From assembly GCF_964355755.1 (NCBI RefSeq), contig NC_092673.1:29571648-29635647 (forward strand): a DNA stretch of 64,000 nucleotides, in the 5' to 3' direction. Below are positions 11,663-25,355 of this stretch, piece after piece. Origin of the DNA: Antedon mediterranea (Eukaryota; Animalia; Echinodermata). Within the stretch, counting starts at the first letter, position 1. Each line of letters opens with the position of its first letter. Below the pieces are notes generated by a model that did no database searches, was not told the origin of the DNA, and saw nothing but the letters and a program-made list of their open reading frames with translations. Both the position numbers and the translations under genes were made by a program.

Positions 11663-13620
11663 ACTGGATAATGCGTGACTTTTTACCAAGGCACGCGAGT
11701 CGTTATACGGTATAAGGATAGGGTGGGAGGGTATGAGGTGTCCGAGGCAGGTATAACAGTCACAAAAGTTAAACCAGAGATTAATTTAGACCGAACCGAC
11801 GATGGGGTATCCCATACAACACCTGAAAATGGTAAACAATTGTAAATGATTTTTCAGTTTGTGTACAGCATACAGCACAGAATTAGGCACTTTATAAATC
11901 CAGGATATTTTTGTTATTTACCCAATAATATAATCCGGGGCTACTTTTGGAATGGTTATTTCCAATACAATTTGCGAGTGTGACGTTAGTGATTAGTATA
12001 GTCGTAAAGAAGACATTGAGTGTATTTGTGTATTGATATGATCGGACATTGTATAGCGTAACACGCGTTACCAATAGATTACCACACGGGGACCTATTAG
12101 TGCTTATGAGTTGTGAAAACAAACTATTGTTAATTTTCCTCTAGGGCGTTGATTTGTCAGTCGGTTAGTAATTAGCAATGATCGTTACATCTTAAAGAGA
12201 ACATCAATTAAATGACAGTTTACAAGACTGAATAATGCTTCAATAGACTTGTTGATAGTTACACAGTCGGCGTCAATTGTGACGTTTCATCATTAACCGT
12301 TAATCAGGATTTTAAGTTTACACTTTGGTTGATTATTTTTAGTTTGAAATGTTGGAACAATCGGTAAACGGCCGGCCAGGAACATCAAAATAGTGAAGTA
12401 GACTTTACAGTAATACAGTTCTGTACAGTATATCTGACATTTGGTCCCCACTTGGACGCAACGCAATGACGTTGGCACAACGCAAATGAATTGACAAATC
12501 ACAAGCGACAGTTCGGACGATCCATCGCGCCGTGATCAACTCACGTGCGTTTAAATGGGAACCATAGTCACTAGAAAGTAGTTTTAAGTAGTTTACAGTG
12601 CTTTCTATTATTGACTGTGGGAAACAAGCTTAAGAATGTGTACGCTACTCCAACACAGTTAAAAACATTATTAAAAACCACTTTTACGTTTTGTGTAGGT
12701 TCAAGACTCATGACGGAAAAGGGTATTTTACAAGGACACAATTTACGTAATTGTCGAACTTTTAACCTTAGGTCCAGAGGCTGGAGTCTAACCACATACC
12801 ACTTCCACGTCTGTAGTAAGTACTGCTTACGTTGGTCCTGATTAAAACGGTCTAGATAAAAATATACAAAACTAATTAGTTTTATCACAAATGGCGGTGG
12901 GAATGATTTAGGAACAATCGTCACGACGCCTACGAACGTTATTTGTTGTTTGTACGTACGCGTAGTGACGTTTCTCCCAAATCTTTCCTACCATGCATTG
13001 CGCAATGACGTTCATTGCGAACACAAGGTATTTGCGATAAATAAATTATGAAACAAATATATTCACCTCCTGGAATGAATTATAATAATGATTTGTGAAA
13101 AAAAGTGAACATTGATTGTTATATACATTCGCAAATACTGTAATTCGTTTCACGGAATAACCGATTTGTCCGTTTTACGAGCAGGCCTACGGCGCGATAT
13201 AATATGTAGGCCTACTAGTACTGTTTTAATTTTTCCGCCTTATTTGGCGTTATTATATGCAGCCATATTGACCTTTTCGTGCAAATAAATATAATGTTTA
13301 TTGCACGTAGAATCACATTATAAGTATTAAAACTTAAACTTTCCGATTTGTTTTCTGAAGTTCGTTGACTTCACCAGTTACAAATAATCGAGAAACTCGA
13401 CATATGGGGAGTCGTCAGTTGAATATAGGCCTAGTGGTATAACAAGCCAGTACCTTTACGTTTATAATCGTACGTATGCAAATGTACTTTTTTGCGTTTG
13501 CCCCTTTAGGCAAAGTTATTCTACAATAGGTTTATAGAAATATCGTTAAGAAATGTGTAGTTTCAAAAAGGTCAATCAGATACTATTGTGTTATAAAGAA
13601 ACAGATTTTCTTTTTTGTCT

Positions 13621-13719
13621 TGGCACGCGTTCAGACACGAGGTTCCTGGCACGTGCGTTCACACATGAGGTTCCTGGCACGCGTTCACACATGATGTTCC
13701 TGGCACGCGTTCACACATG
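13621..13719. repeat. Minisatellite, ~26-bp unit x~4
   Basis: TGGCACGCGTTCACACATGAGGTTCC repeated with minor variants. Confidence 0.9.
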
Positions 13720-16700
13720 GGAATTCACTGATGATGCAATAAATATGTTTATAATTAATACTATAGAAAGGAAGTCGGAGATTTTAGAGACATTGAAACT
13801 TATAAGATAATTCAGCCTATGTGAATGAGAGTGTAACCAAGCCGTCACAGTCGGAACGTAGGCTTATTTGACGTTTGTGTAACGTTACTAATTGTCTGGT
13901 TGATCCTGCTATTATGGCTGTCAAATAAGTAACGTCACTTTCGACAACAGTTAATCATTATTAATGTGAAAAAAATGTTACCTAAACGCCACGGACCGTT
14001 TCCCGTCGGTCGGACGTTGCAGAAACCTCACAAGACGAGTGACGTCATACTGTACGTTTTGGATCGTGCACCACCTGTGCTGTTAAATAGCCGAATGTTT
14101 GAATATATTAAAATTTCATTTAACTATATAGATAGATTTATATATATTTATAATATTAAGCAAAGAGATTTATAAATATCAGGTATTTGTTGTGGTATCA
14201 TGGAGTATGTTATAATAACAATATACAGATGAACGATATTGCAGTGTCTGTCAATATGCTGGTATAACAAATATATTTATCTAAACTTATTATAAACTTT
14301 GGTGAGGGAGTGTGTAGAATGTGTTATATTGAAGATATTGGAGGGAATATGACATGGCTAAGTAGCTTAGCCTATTATATTATTACAAGATGGAAGAAAC
14401 ATGTAGCTAATTCGTTGTTTTGGAAACAATAATATTACACACACTTATTAAAAAAAAGTTACTTTAAGAAGGTACTTAGGAATAATGATTTAATTAATTG
14501 TGATTGAACAAGGGCACTTACTGGGCGCGCGTGCGTTTAAGGTGATTATCACTCATAACTACTTGAAACTAAAACAAGTCATCATTATTAGAATATTCAT
14601 TTCTAATAATCTACTTGTGTGTTGCAAATAGACTGCTTGTGAAATCTAAAGGGACAGATTTCATCTGAAATACTAATTGCAGACATTGCCTACTTAAGCT
14701 AATTTCATTATACAGTACTGGAAGCCTAACATCTTTATCTTTTTATTGTCGTTACACGTTATCCCTTACATTAGTGTTTTAATTATAATTCCAAATGACA
14801 TGATGTCATGATGATGTACAGATTATGTCTGACTTTTGCGCCTAATTAAGCATCGATTGAATTTAATTGTTGTATCAATACAATCCTAAGTATTCGCTAG
14901 GTGGGCCGTAGGCCATATTACTGGTGACACCCAGAGAAAACAAAACATCGACGCGCGCGTTTGAATGCTGATAATATAGAAAGGTTTTTGTACGCGCGCG
15001 CCTGTTTATGATACCAATGCCAACGCGCTATCGTTCAGAGGATCATCCTGGACTTTATTTAGTGTATTGTGTACTAAATTACGAAAACGATCGATAATAT
15101 TATTATTCTATTCTACATAATATATATTGTTAAAGTGCGCCTTTTCGGGAGATAGAATAAACGCGCATCGAGTGAGTCAAGACTCATTCAAGCATAACGA
15201 TTTCAACGAAAATCTTTCTTCGCCATCGTGTGTTTATTGTGAATGTGTCGAACGGTCTATTCGCTTCAGTCAACACACTCCGACCATCTCCGACACTTTC
15301 ATTGACTTCCAATGAGTCGTGTGTCGTATAAAATTGCTAAAGTTATGTATTTTGATAGCATGCTCAAAACAATAATAATTTGTTTGAAATATCAATTAAA
15401 TGTTTTTTGAAAAAATCATTTCGAATTATTTAAATCAATTCGAGACTTGCAACCACGTCCAGACAGTGGGAAAGCCACTTCGCGTTTTGACCGTTAAATC
15501 GTGTAAAATCGACTTACTTCCGCATTGACGATTTTGAAGCGCCACCTATCGTTGAAAACTGAAACCACGATTTTTCGTCGCCTAGCAAATAAGTGCTGTT
15601 TTATTTTAAACTCTCATGAATATTTAAGAACCGCCCAACATTACCTATTATGGTAAAAGCATTTCCTAATAAGTATAATTGAATAACCAATCGGTTTTCT
15701 TCAAAGAAACCGAAGCTAATACAATACATTCGGCGACTGAAGTCGGGACTCGTGAAATTTATAAATGTGGTACGATTTGACTACTGTTTTGTTGTCCATT
15801 TTCTGAATAGTCGGAGGTGCATCCCAACAAATTAAAAAAATTGTAATCAATTGTTTTATCAAGAATAATATTAGTTTAATCGAGTATGATATATTTCTAT
15901 CCTGTTCAAAATGTGTTGGTGTATTCTCAGGCCTCGAAAGGTAGGTACATTTTCTAGCTGTGAGCGTGGTTTCGGCAACGCGAGACACGTGTGTCAGTAT
16001 AGGCGATAGCGAGACGTGTGTTGGTACTGTGTTGATGCTGATCCGATAGTCGTTAAGTTGTACTGATTACGAGTATCATTGGTCCTGGCCGGCCTAGCCT
16101 GGTGATCTGATCCCCCCAAAAAATACTTTTTTTCAATCAGTATTAATATTATTTTATTTTTCATTTATTATTTGATTTATTATTAGGCTCAATAGATGCC
16201 TAGCTAGGCTACTAGTAGGCCTAGATTATATAAATAATAATAGTAAATACTGTAATTTAATTAATAAAATACAGCTTCCATTTGCCTTACTTTTATGTCA
16301 TCATATAATATTATAATTATATATACAACCAGACATTAACATTTTTTTTAAATAATATTTATTATTTTTTCTGACACTTTCAGGAATCGTTGATGATGCA
16401 GAGTTCTTTGTCTTTGTGACTTCAAACTGAGAGTGAAGTGGATAAAAAGATGACACCGGTACCTACCGACATTGTCATACCCAAACTATAATTTAATTAT
16501 TTATTTATTTTATATTTTATTAATACTGTATTAGTTTAATATTACTATTAATTTATATTATACAGTACTAGGCCCGTAGGCCTAGTTTGTACATGTTTTT
16601 ACCCCAAAAAAAATGAATAAATAATTTGTTATTCAATCTAATTGCTTGTTTGTTCATCAATAACAAAACAATTGTAAGCAAGTATATAACAGTTCTTGTT

Positions 16701-19342
16701 AGCCGCTTATTTCAGGTCATATTATTAATATTAGCTAGGCCCGACGCGCCCGATCACAACGTCACTAAGTGACTTTCCACCCCTGGAACAATCGCTCGCT
16801 AAAGGGCTAGGCCTCGGACTCGTATAAAAGCTATTATAATAGTTATGATAAATATTCCTCAACTAAAATGTTTACTGTGATAAATAAACAAGTAATAATA
16901 TACGTTGTATTGGAATGTATTTATTTATATGAATTCTTATACGCGGACAATTATAAACATCGCGTATATCGTTCGCTATAAATAAATTCATAAACACGAT
17001 GACGATGTGTTTACAAAATGGCGGTTTCGCTAGTTTTCGATGGAACAAATAGTGGTACCTTTAGTTTGAATAGTCGGAGCTGCATCCCAACCACCGAATT
17101 TTGTATCTTAATATCGTATTCTGTAGATTATTAATTTTTCTAACAGGGATTTTAAATTCAGGACTGTTCAATTTTTCTAAATATTTTATTTTAATGATTT
17201 TCTAGGGTACAATTTCGGAAAAAAGACATTGGTTGATTTTGCCGTTAAATTACAGATTATCGTTTTGTTCAAATACATTTAATTTTACATGACAATATAT
17301 TAAAACCATTTATGAATTTATTTCACTAACAACATTTTTCCGATAATCAACTAAATTTACAAATATTGTGTTTTTCCAACACCCTAAAATTTAGCCATTT
17401 TGAACTAAATTAGAAAAGTAGGGCGCCCTCTCCGAGTCGAAATTTGACACGATTTGTCGACTGGCTGTCCCACTGCAGATGGTTACAGAACTTCTGATCC
17501 TCGTTGCAATAATGTATTGCTTAAAGCTGTTTTAATTGTAAACAAAACGAACAATTAGCCATAATATCCAATTTATTATTAATCGGGAAAAGGCGTCTCA
17601 ATAGCCTACACATTCAAAAAGATAACAATAGTAAAGAAACATTTAAAATTAAAAATCTGTAAAAAATGTCTTTGACTTTATATCTAAATCCAAAAACATA
17701 TTACTCTATAAAAAGTAAAATGACAAAAGAAATTGTTGAAAATTTACCCAGGTCCTAAAAGATAAGAAACGACAATTACGGAATTTTGGCAATAGGCTGT
17801 TTAGAAATTGTAAATTTACACACGGGCTTTTTGTTGTAACTTGTGCTGGATATAATTTTCGTTTGAAGTCTTTGCTCTCAATTTATCCAGTTTCCGACAA
17901 GTGACCCTTCAGTTACGTGTTAAGACATCATGCAGTATAATGGAATAATACTCTCATTTACAATGAAATTATACCTATCTATTTATCACGCTTGCTCGGC
18001 TTTGTGCATGAGCGGCGGATCACGAAGGCGAGCTTACACGTGCCCAGCCACCGCCATATGGCGTATAATTTCACCTGACTGGGCTGGCTGAGGTGCCAAG
18101 TCAAGCGCACAAGTTTAGTAATTACACATACAACGAGAGCAATTTCTCTATCAAAAATAATAGTATTCCAAAGTTATAGTTCATCTCCGGATTCAGTGAC
18201 GTTTAATTGCATATTTAATTAACAATTTTTCATTGAATACTAAACACAACTGTATTGTAACATATATGCCTACACTACAAATGTTAGTAGCACTACGGCG
18301 ATACCGGGTGGGGTACAACGCGTTCAAATTCTGATAAAAATGGGTACGACTTTTGTACGCGCGCGCGCGTAAAATTTGTGGCTCATACTTCCGGAATCCG
18401 TTAAGCGATGTTTACAGAATGAGAGGGCGCGCTGCACGAGAGCTTATTTATGACTTCAATGCAATGCTGCCATCTGATAAGAAAGACTGTATTATATTAT
18501 TATCTACTAAGACCATCATTATAGCGAATTTGCATGGCTTATTTGAGAGTTGCATTTCGATAAGATCTTATTCAAAAAGATAATCCGGCGGGTACCATGA
18601 CAGTATGATGCAGTCTTATTTGGACATATGAATATTCTAAATAAGTATTCTAAATATTTAGGCTTATATAATATAGTTTAATACAAAATAATAGGCAATG
18701 TACCACACTGTCTAGATTTCATTATTACGATACAGTTTATGGTTTAATCTGACCCGATTCGGACCTTTTTTGGTGTGCCGGTGGTGAGAGCTTCTTCCGA
18801 GTGTCAACTAATCAAAGAATGTTTTTATTTTTGATAGTACACGTAGTAATTTATTCGTTTGCTCGAGAATTCGTCAAGTTGTGACACCATTATGAATGAA
18901 TTTAGTTTTCAGATGCGCGTTAATTTAATACAATCAGTATTCATAATCAAACTAATGAAAACACATGAACTGAAACGAATTACCTCGGTTAATTATTTTG
19001 AGTATGATCATAAACAAAAAACTAATAATGAAGTCAGGCGAACTATTTCCAGTCTGTCGGTGCTGTGAAACTGCATTTGACGTCTGTTCTTTAACCTACA
19101 GTATCAACTACACGTCTTCCCAAAGGAACGTTTAGCGGATGATCCATTTTCCCGCTGGAAGTCGCTGCTCATATTTTCTCAACAAGTGTCGGGCAGTTTC
19201 GTTGCTGTTAATATTGTTTTCAAGAAAAAACAATAACAATAGTTTTTTTAAATTATGATGATTTTTAAATATGGATATACCTACTGTGATATACAAATAT
19301 TGCGCAGGGTTATAAAAGTAATGATTAATGATTAATGTTTTA

Positions 19343-19560
19343 GCGCGCGTTGATATAGTGGGCCTGTATTGCCTTTACGCGCGTACAAACGTTGAGTAGG
19401 CCTATGTGAAATGTTGATAAGTAGCCAATAGCCATATATGCATTTATGTACCCTTGTTAAAACGTTAATGCAATTTTAGGCAAATGTACGCGCGTTGATA
19501 TAGGCCTTTCATTGTACCCCCGCGTACAAACGTTGATATAGGACTAATGTTACGCGCGTA
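19343..19560. repeat. Degenerate tandem copies of the ACGCGCGTACAAACGTTGATA family
   Basis: Recurring CGCGCGT / ACAAACGTTGA / TAGGCCT blocks; same family as 28316-28456. Confidence 0.7.
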
Positions 19561-22500
19561 TGGATAATCAATATTTGTTAATATATTTGTATTGTAGGCA
19601 TCGGGATTGAAAACTGTGTATTTTAAATTGATTAATTTAGTTTATAAAAAATGATGTATTTAAAACGTTATAGGCCTACCGTATGTAATTTTTTTTTTTT
19701 CAACTCGACTTTGATTACTCATGCTCTAAGATCTATGAAAAATATTCTATTTCCTTCATTTTGTATCAATCAATAGGTTTTACCAAATACAAACGTATGA
19801 TTTACGTAACCATGCTTGAAATTAAGTGTAGCCACACGGTAAATTAAAATTCACAACTTCAGGTTTAAAATGATAGAGTTCGGATTAAGGATTAGATGGA
19901 TACACACACAAAGCTTACCGTATAGAGAGAACAATACTCAGCCTACCGGCGGCGCAAGTTGACTTTGGACGGGGAGGACTAACTAAAAAGCGAGGCCTAA
20001 ATTCTAACAGATGGCCCATAATAAAGGCGCTGTTTTGCTTTAATAGAATTATGTTAAAACTGTTAAAGTTCTCCATAACAATGCAACAAACAAGTGTAGC
20101 AATCCCGAGACGGTTGATACAAAGAATAAAATTGTTGACACTTGGACTATCTGAAAACTGCTAAGGCCTTTGCCGAAATAATACATCGGACGGTTTACGT
20201 TAGCCTTATAATTATTATTGTTCGACAAAATAACATTTTTAAAATGTTTGTATAGTTTTACCAAGAGAGAGTGAAATTGTTAAATTTGATATATCAATGT
20301 TTTTCTCCTTGAAATTTTATATTAATGTTTATATATTGTAATCAACTTGCAATTTAATTTTTTTCCCAAAGAGTATGAAAATAAAATCCATAATAAAATT
20401 ACATTCTTCCCTGGTTTATACTCATTACCGTACGGTAGGGTAAGCATAACATAATAGGCCTATAATATATAAAATGTTTACGAACATACGAATTATTTTT
20501 GATCAAATCATATAAAGGATAGGAGAAAATATTAGAAAATAATTGGGAAAAAAAATCAAATAACATTGGAATATATAAATTAGAAAGATGTATAAAATCA
20601 TTGTATTGATCATTTGAAAATGAAATGAATAAAAGTAGTGGTTAACGCCACAATAGAGAAAAAATATATGATATAATATATTTTATAATAATTCATATTA
20701 AACATACTGTACATTATCGTTAAGATAAATCCGTATAGTTGCGAGTTAGAAATTATTATCAATAACGTTTTTGTTTTCGGTAACGATATATAGCCCTTCG
20801 CTATTATAACTACATTATTAGGCCTATTCGGTATGAATTTTTATAAAGAACAATCGGTAACTTAAGCAGATTTCTAGCCTTCTCACATGATAGAAAACAA
20901 TCATTATGAGCCTATATCGACCACCGACAAGCCACTGATATTCTCGACGCATCGAGCTTAGCCTTAGTTCAATTTATGGACATCCCGTTTCGGTAGCCTA
21001 CGAAACCGTTTACTTTTTTAAATCGATGTAGGCCTACTGCATATAAAAAAAATAATATTTTATACTTCCATGGTATAACTAAACTTGCTTATAACATTAT
21101 TGGACGAAGCTACTCCGCCGGCGTTAATGTTTATCAAATACGTATTTTTGTATTTTTCTTAACTTTTTACCAGTTATCATTGATCTCCGAACAAGATTTA
21201 AATTTGCGCGTGGCACATAGATTGAATAAAAAACTTGTGTGATTGTCATTCCTAGAAGTTAATTTACTTAGCAATGACAATGTCCTTGTCATAATGAATA
21301 TCATTTAGCCTACTCTATTACTCTTAGCATTAGAATCATCATGCTTGATTGTGCCTTATGTAAATGAATACTCTAAGAGTAATGAACCAGTCAAGTATGG
21401 ACCCATAGGGCTCAATGACTCTGCCCCCAGGAGAAACTTTAATTAACACTTATTCAAGTATACTCATTATAGGCCTACAAAATACAAACTTTAATCGTCA
21501 AATTTCAAACTCCGTTATGTACTCTATTCTTTTTAAAAGTAAAGTTTAGGGTTGGCAATTGTTATTTTATTTATGTTATTCTGATTCCCGCTTTCATGTA
21601 AATATTATGAGTGTCTGGAGTGATATCACAGGTTGGATAAAATTTAATTTATATACTCAACTCGTTTCTGTATAATTGAAAATTGTATATTTACATACCA
21701 GTAAAATATAAGTATTAGCATTGTGGCATAGTAAACTCCACTATATAAATGTGTATTACAGACAATCGCCGGCATGGGATATATCGTACGCTATAATAAC
21801 ATATTAAACATTTACCAACAATTTTGAAATGAATTTTAAAGAAAATCTAGAAGAAATTGAAGGCATGCTTATATAGTTATGACTGTTTAAAAAGTATCGT
21901 GTCTCTGTTTAAATCCACCGTACACAATGTTGACGAACTTGTACAGTATTTGAATGGTCTCAAATAAAAAGTTTGCGGAATATTTTCTAAAAGTTTGAAT
22001 TAAAATGAAAGCGCAACGTTTCTTGCCGGGTAATTTTCAACGAAATATTTTTACTGTTTTCGTTATTTTCATCCAAAATGTTTAATTCCTATAGAACAGA
22101 ACATAGAAAAATAGAAAAGGAATGTAAAAACCGGTGTTGATCGAAAATTAGCCCATGAGAGATCGGATCGAACAAAATCATTCTCCAATCGCATTTCGGT
22201 AACAATTCTACAATTAATAGTTCAGGTAACTACTTAAGTACTTTGAATAACGATAAGGATGATACTCCCTAAAGATTAAAAAGCCCAGATCATAACGAGA
22301 AACATTATAGTTTTCATTTATGTTTTTAAAAAAGCACCCGCAAAATATATCGGAATATCTAACATGTATGAGGTTGCATACTGAAAAGACTCCTGAGGGA
22401 TCCGACATAAACCCGGCGGAGTAATAAACGCGATGCGCTTTACCTAACATCAAACCTATTTCCCGACCGTCAAATGAGCAGAATTCTTTAAGTAAAATTA

Positions 22501-23360
22501 GGCTACAATTATAGAGAAATAATATTGATTTATCGTGAGTAAGAACTTAGCAGAAGGCAGGGATGCGGAAGCACATTAATCAGAGAATAGGACGAATATC
22601 GTTAATGGAATCATAATGTATATTTTTCATTCCTTCATTTAAAGAAGTTATTACTATTTTAAAAATTCTCTCACACGATACAACATTGATGTAACATATT
22701 GGGCCTATATCTTAAAAATGTTATTCTAAATGTATAACTTAAAATACAAATATATTACTGTATATGGTTAAATTCATTTTAATTTGTTGACACAAACTCA
22801 TCATTATACACTGGGCCCTCTGGGAGAAGAGTCTCCCAGTATAAAGAATAAATAAATAAAATAAATACATTTAATAAATATTATTATTTTGTACAGAATG
22901 TTCTATTTATTTGTTTGGAAATTGAATTTGTATAATATAGGCTATACCATAAGGCCGACAATATACGGTATCCTTTATACCATTTTCTAAATACAGTACA
23001 GTAGGCCTATATACTACTTTCCGAAAAATGCGCATTAGGCTTCCATTATGAATATCCATGGGAACGTAATTATTGTTTAAATGCAAAACTAATGTTAGTC
23101 CTAGGACTAATGTTAATGGGAATTTATGATCGCTAAAACCACTGTAAGTTAACTGTACTTTAGATAACAGTCTGATCAAGAGCTTAGACACCAATGCGCC
23201 ATATTTCATAATAAAAAGTAACACTTTTCGACTAAAAGATAATTTTAAGTCATATTGTATTGTGTATATAAAATAATTATTTAAGTATTGGTGATATAAC
23301 ATAATTATTATTTTATATCACCAATTATTAAACAAATCCAAAGGAAAATTAGTGAAAAGA

Positions 23361-23595
23361 AGACAATGATGTGGCTATCAGTGGCTGGATCTCAATGGAG
23401 ATACAAAATGACAATGCTGTGGGTATCAGTGGCTGGATCTCAATGGAGATACAAATAAAATAAGCACTGACAATGCTGTGGGTATCAGTGGCTGGATCTC
23501 AATGGAGATACAAATAAAATAAGAACTGACAAAAAGACAATGATGTGGCTATCAGTGGCTGGATCTCAATGGAGATACAATGTAAAATAAGCAAA
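23361..23595. repeat. Tandem repeat, 4 copies of a ~45-bp core with variable A-rich linkers
   Basis: GACAATG(A/C)TGTGG(C/G)TATCAGTGGCTGGATCTCAATGGAGATACAA x4. Confidence 0.93.
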
Positions 23596-24359
23596 AAATC
23601 AAAACAGCTTGACAAATTAGTAGAGCTTTCGGGCAACACTAGTCAATAATTAAATTGTATTATATTGTAACCCAAAATATTTTTAAAAACTGTTAGATAT
23701 TTAACCAAAAACTATTGTTTAAAAAAAAGACAATTTGACTATTAGTATTTCTTTAAGTTAGGCCTACAGTTTTTCCATATTTTATTTCTTTCCAATTTTT
23801 GATCAAAGAGAATAACTATTTATGTTACAATAACATTCAACCATGGAACTATAATATCAACACACAAACATTTTTTTTCAGCGGACAATCTTTAAGTAAA
23901 AGAATTTATACTTGAGCAAAAAAAAAACGTTTATAGACTAAAGATTATTCCATGGTTATACATTGAATATCATCACAATGCACTCAAAATACATTGATTG
24001 TAGTTAGAAAAAGAATAACAGTTATGCTACAATATATAGGCCTATAACAATGTTCACGTATACCTTGTTCAAACGTATTGTAAACAGTTTAAATACAAAT
24101 TGTTTATGTTTTGACGAGTGGCCTAAACCAAATAATAGAACTTGTCACTCGGTTGACTACTAGTTTCGAAGTGAGACTAAAACAAAAGTGTCACTTTAGT
24201 CGTAAGTCAACTTTTGTTTGTTTTGTCCTTCTGTTGATTGTTCGGTTTATTTGGGGGATGGATTAATCGTGTACAAAGTCCCCGGATGTTGCGTTAGACA
24301 AGCGTGTATTGGATACTTACCTCTATACGTAACTTCTTAACGACACTCGACAAGTAATC

Positions 24360-24720
24360 AATCAAATATAAAAGTGACACTACTACAGACAACCCCTCGA
24401 ACAAGCCGATTGGAAGGGCACGAGAGGCCGACGCTGATTGGCTCACTGATGTGTACAGTTCACTCCGTCTTCCGCATATGGTGAAGTGGGCGGAGCAATG
24501 CCCATAATTAGCTTCGTTGCTGTCAAGGGCATGTCCGTAGGAGCTTGTGAGGCGAGACCCTTTCGGGAGGTTGTATTCCTTAGGGAAAGCACTCCGACAG
24601 GCTCTTCATTTGAACAAAAGGCGCCCCCGAGAGAGTCGCGGTTGCTTATTTTCTGCTACTAGGGAGATGCGACGCGCGTTTAACTATACCTGAACGCATA
24701 CGAACTTTATTTCGAATTCT
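24360..24720 (+). promoter_or_regulatory. Putative COE promoter region
   Basis: Locally GC/CpG-richer island 0.5-0.85 kb upstream of the COE ATG. Reverse CCAAT boxes (ATTGG 24409-24413, 24437-24441), GC box GGGCGG 24488-24493, COE-like site ATTCCTTAGGGAA 24575-24587. TSS not determinable. Confidence 0.55.
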
Positions 24721-25224
24721 ATGGACTTAGCTTTAACAACACTGTAACGGTGTTCGGAGCAGCCCGGACGCCTTGTAGTACCAACCACTAAGCGTGACGA
24801 AAAAAATCGACAAGTGCTTCCTCAATTTTCACTAGCTTTCTTCCATTCTGTTGACTGCCTTGTTTCCACACAATGTTATAATTCGTTCTTATAACATCCA
24901 ACGCGACATCCCTGTACTTCTTCCAGTTTGTGACTTGAAATTGTTGAGAAAGTACCTGGTTTGTGGCACTAAGTCGGCAAGGTGCGAACAACTTCATCTG
25001 TATTGGACAGGATATACTATTTCTTTTTGCACTACTTGAAGGCTTGTTTCATCATCAATCGCGAATCATCAGGGATACAACGACCTGTCTCATAATATTT
25101 GATTACAAAACAAGTGGCCCTTGCGGTGTGTAAAACAACCAAGGATACGAAATAGTAAAGAAAGCATTTTTGCAGTATTTTTTATTATCTCATTAATATT
25201 GTTATACCAATCCACTTGGGCTTT

Positions 25225-25355
25225 ATGTTCGGAATTCAAGAGTGTCTAACACGAGGTGCAACTACCCTGAAAGAGGAACCCACCGGGACACCTCAGCTAG
25301 ACCCTGCAGTACGTAGCTGGATGCAGCCAAATACAATGGTGGATCAGGGCGCAAG
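25225..25355 (+). CDS. COE: COE/EBF transcription factor, coding exon 1
   Basis: MFGIQECLTRGATTLKEEPTGTPQLDPAVRSWMQPNTMVDQGA matches the EBF N-terminus (MFGIQE...KEEP...VRxWMQ). Donor AG|GTAACA, phase 2. Confidence 0.93.

Noticed and set aside
23361-23595. CRISPR-like repeat-spacer appearance
   Set aside because: Linkers are short and related to each other, the context is eukaryotic, and there are no cas genes.
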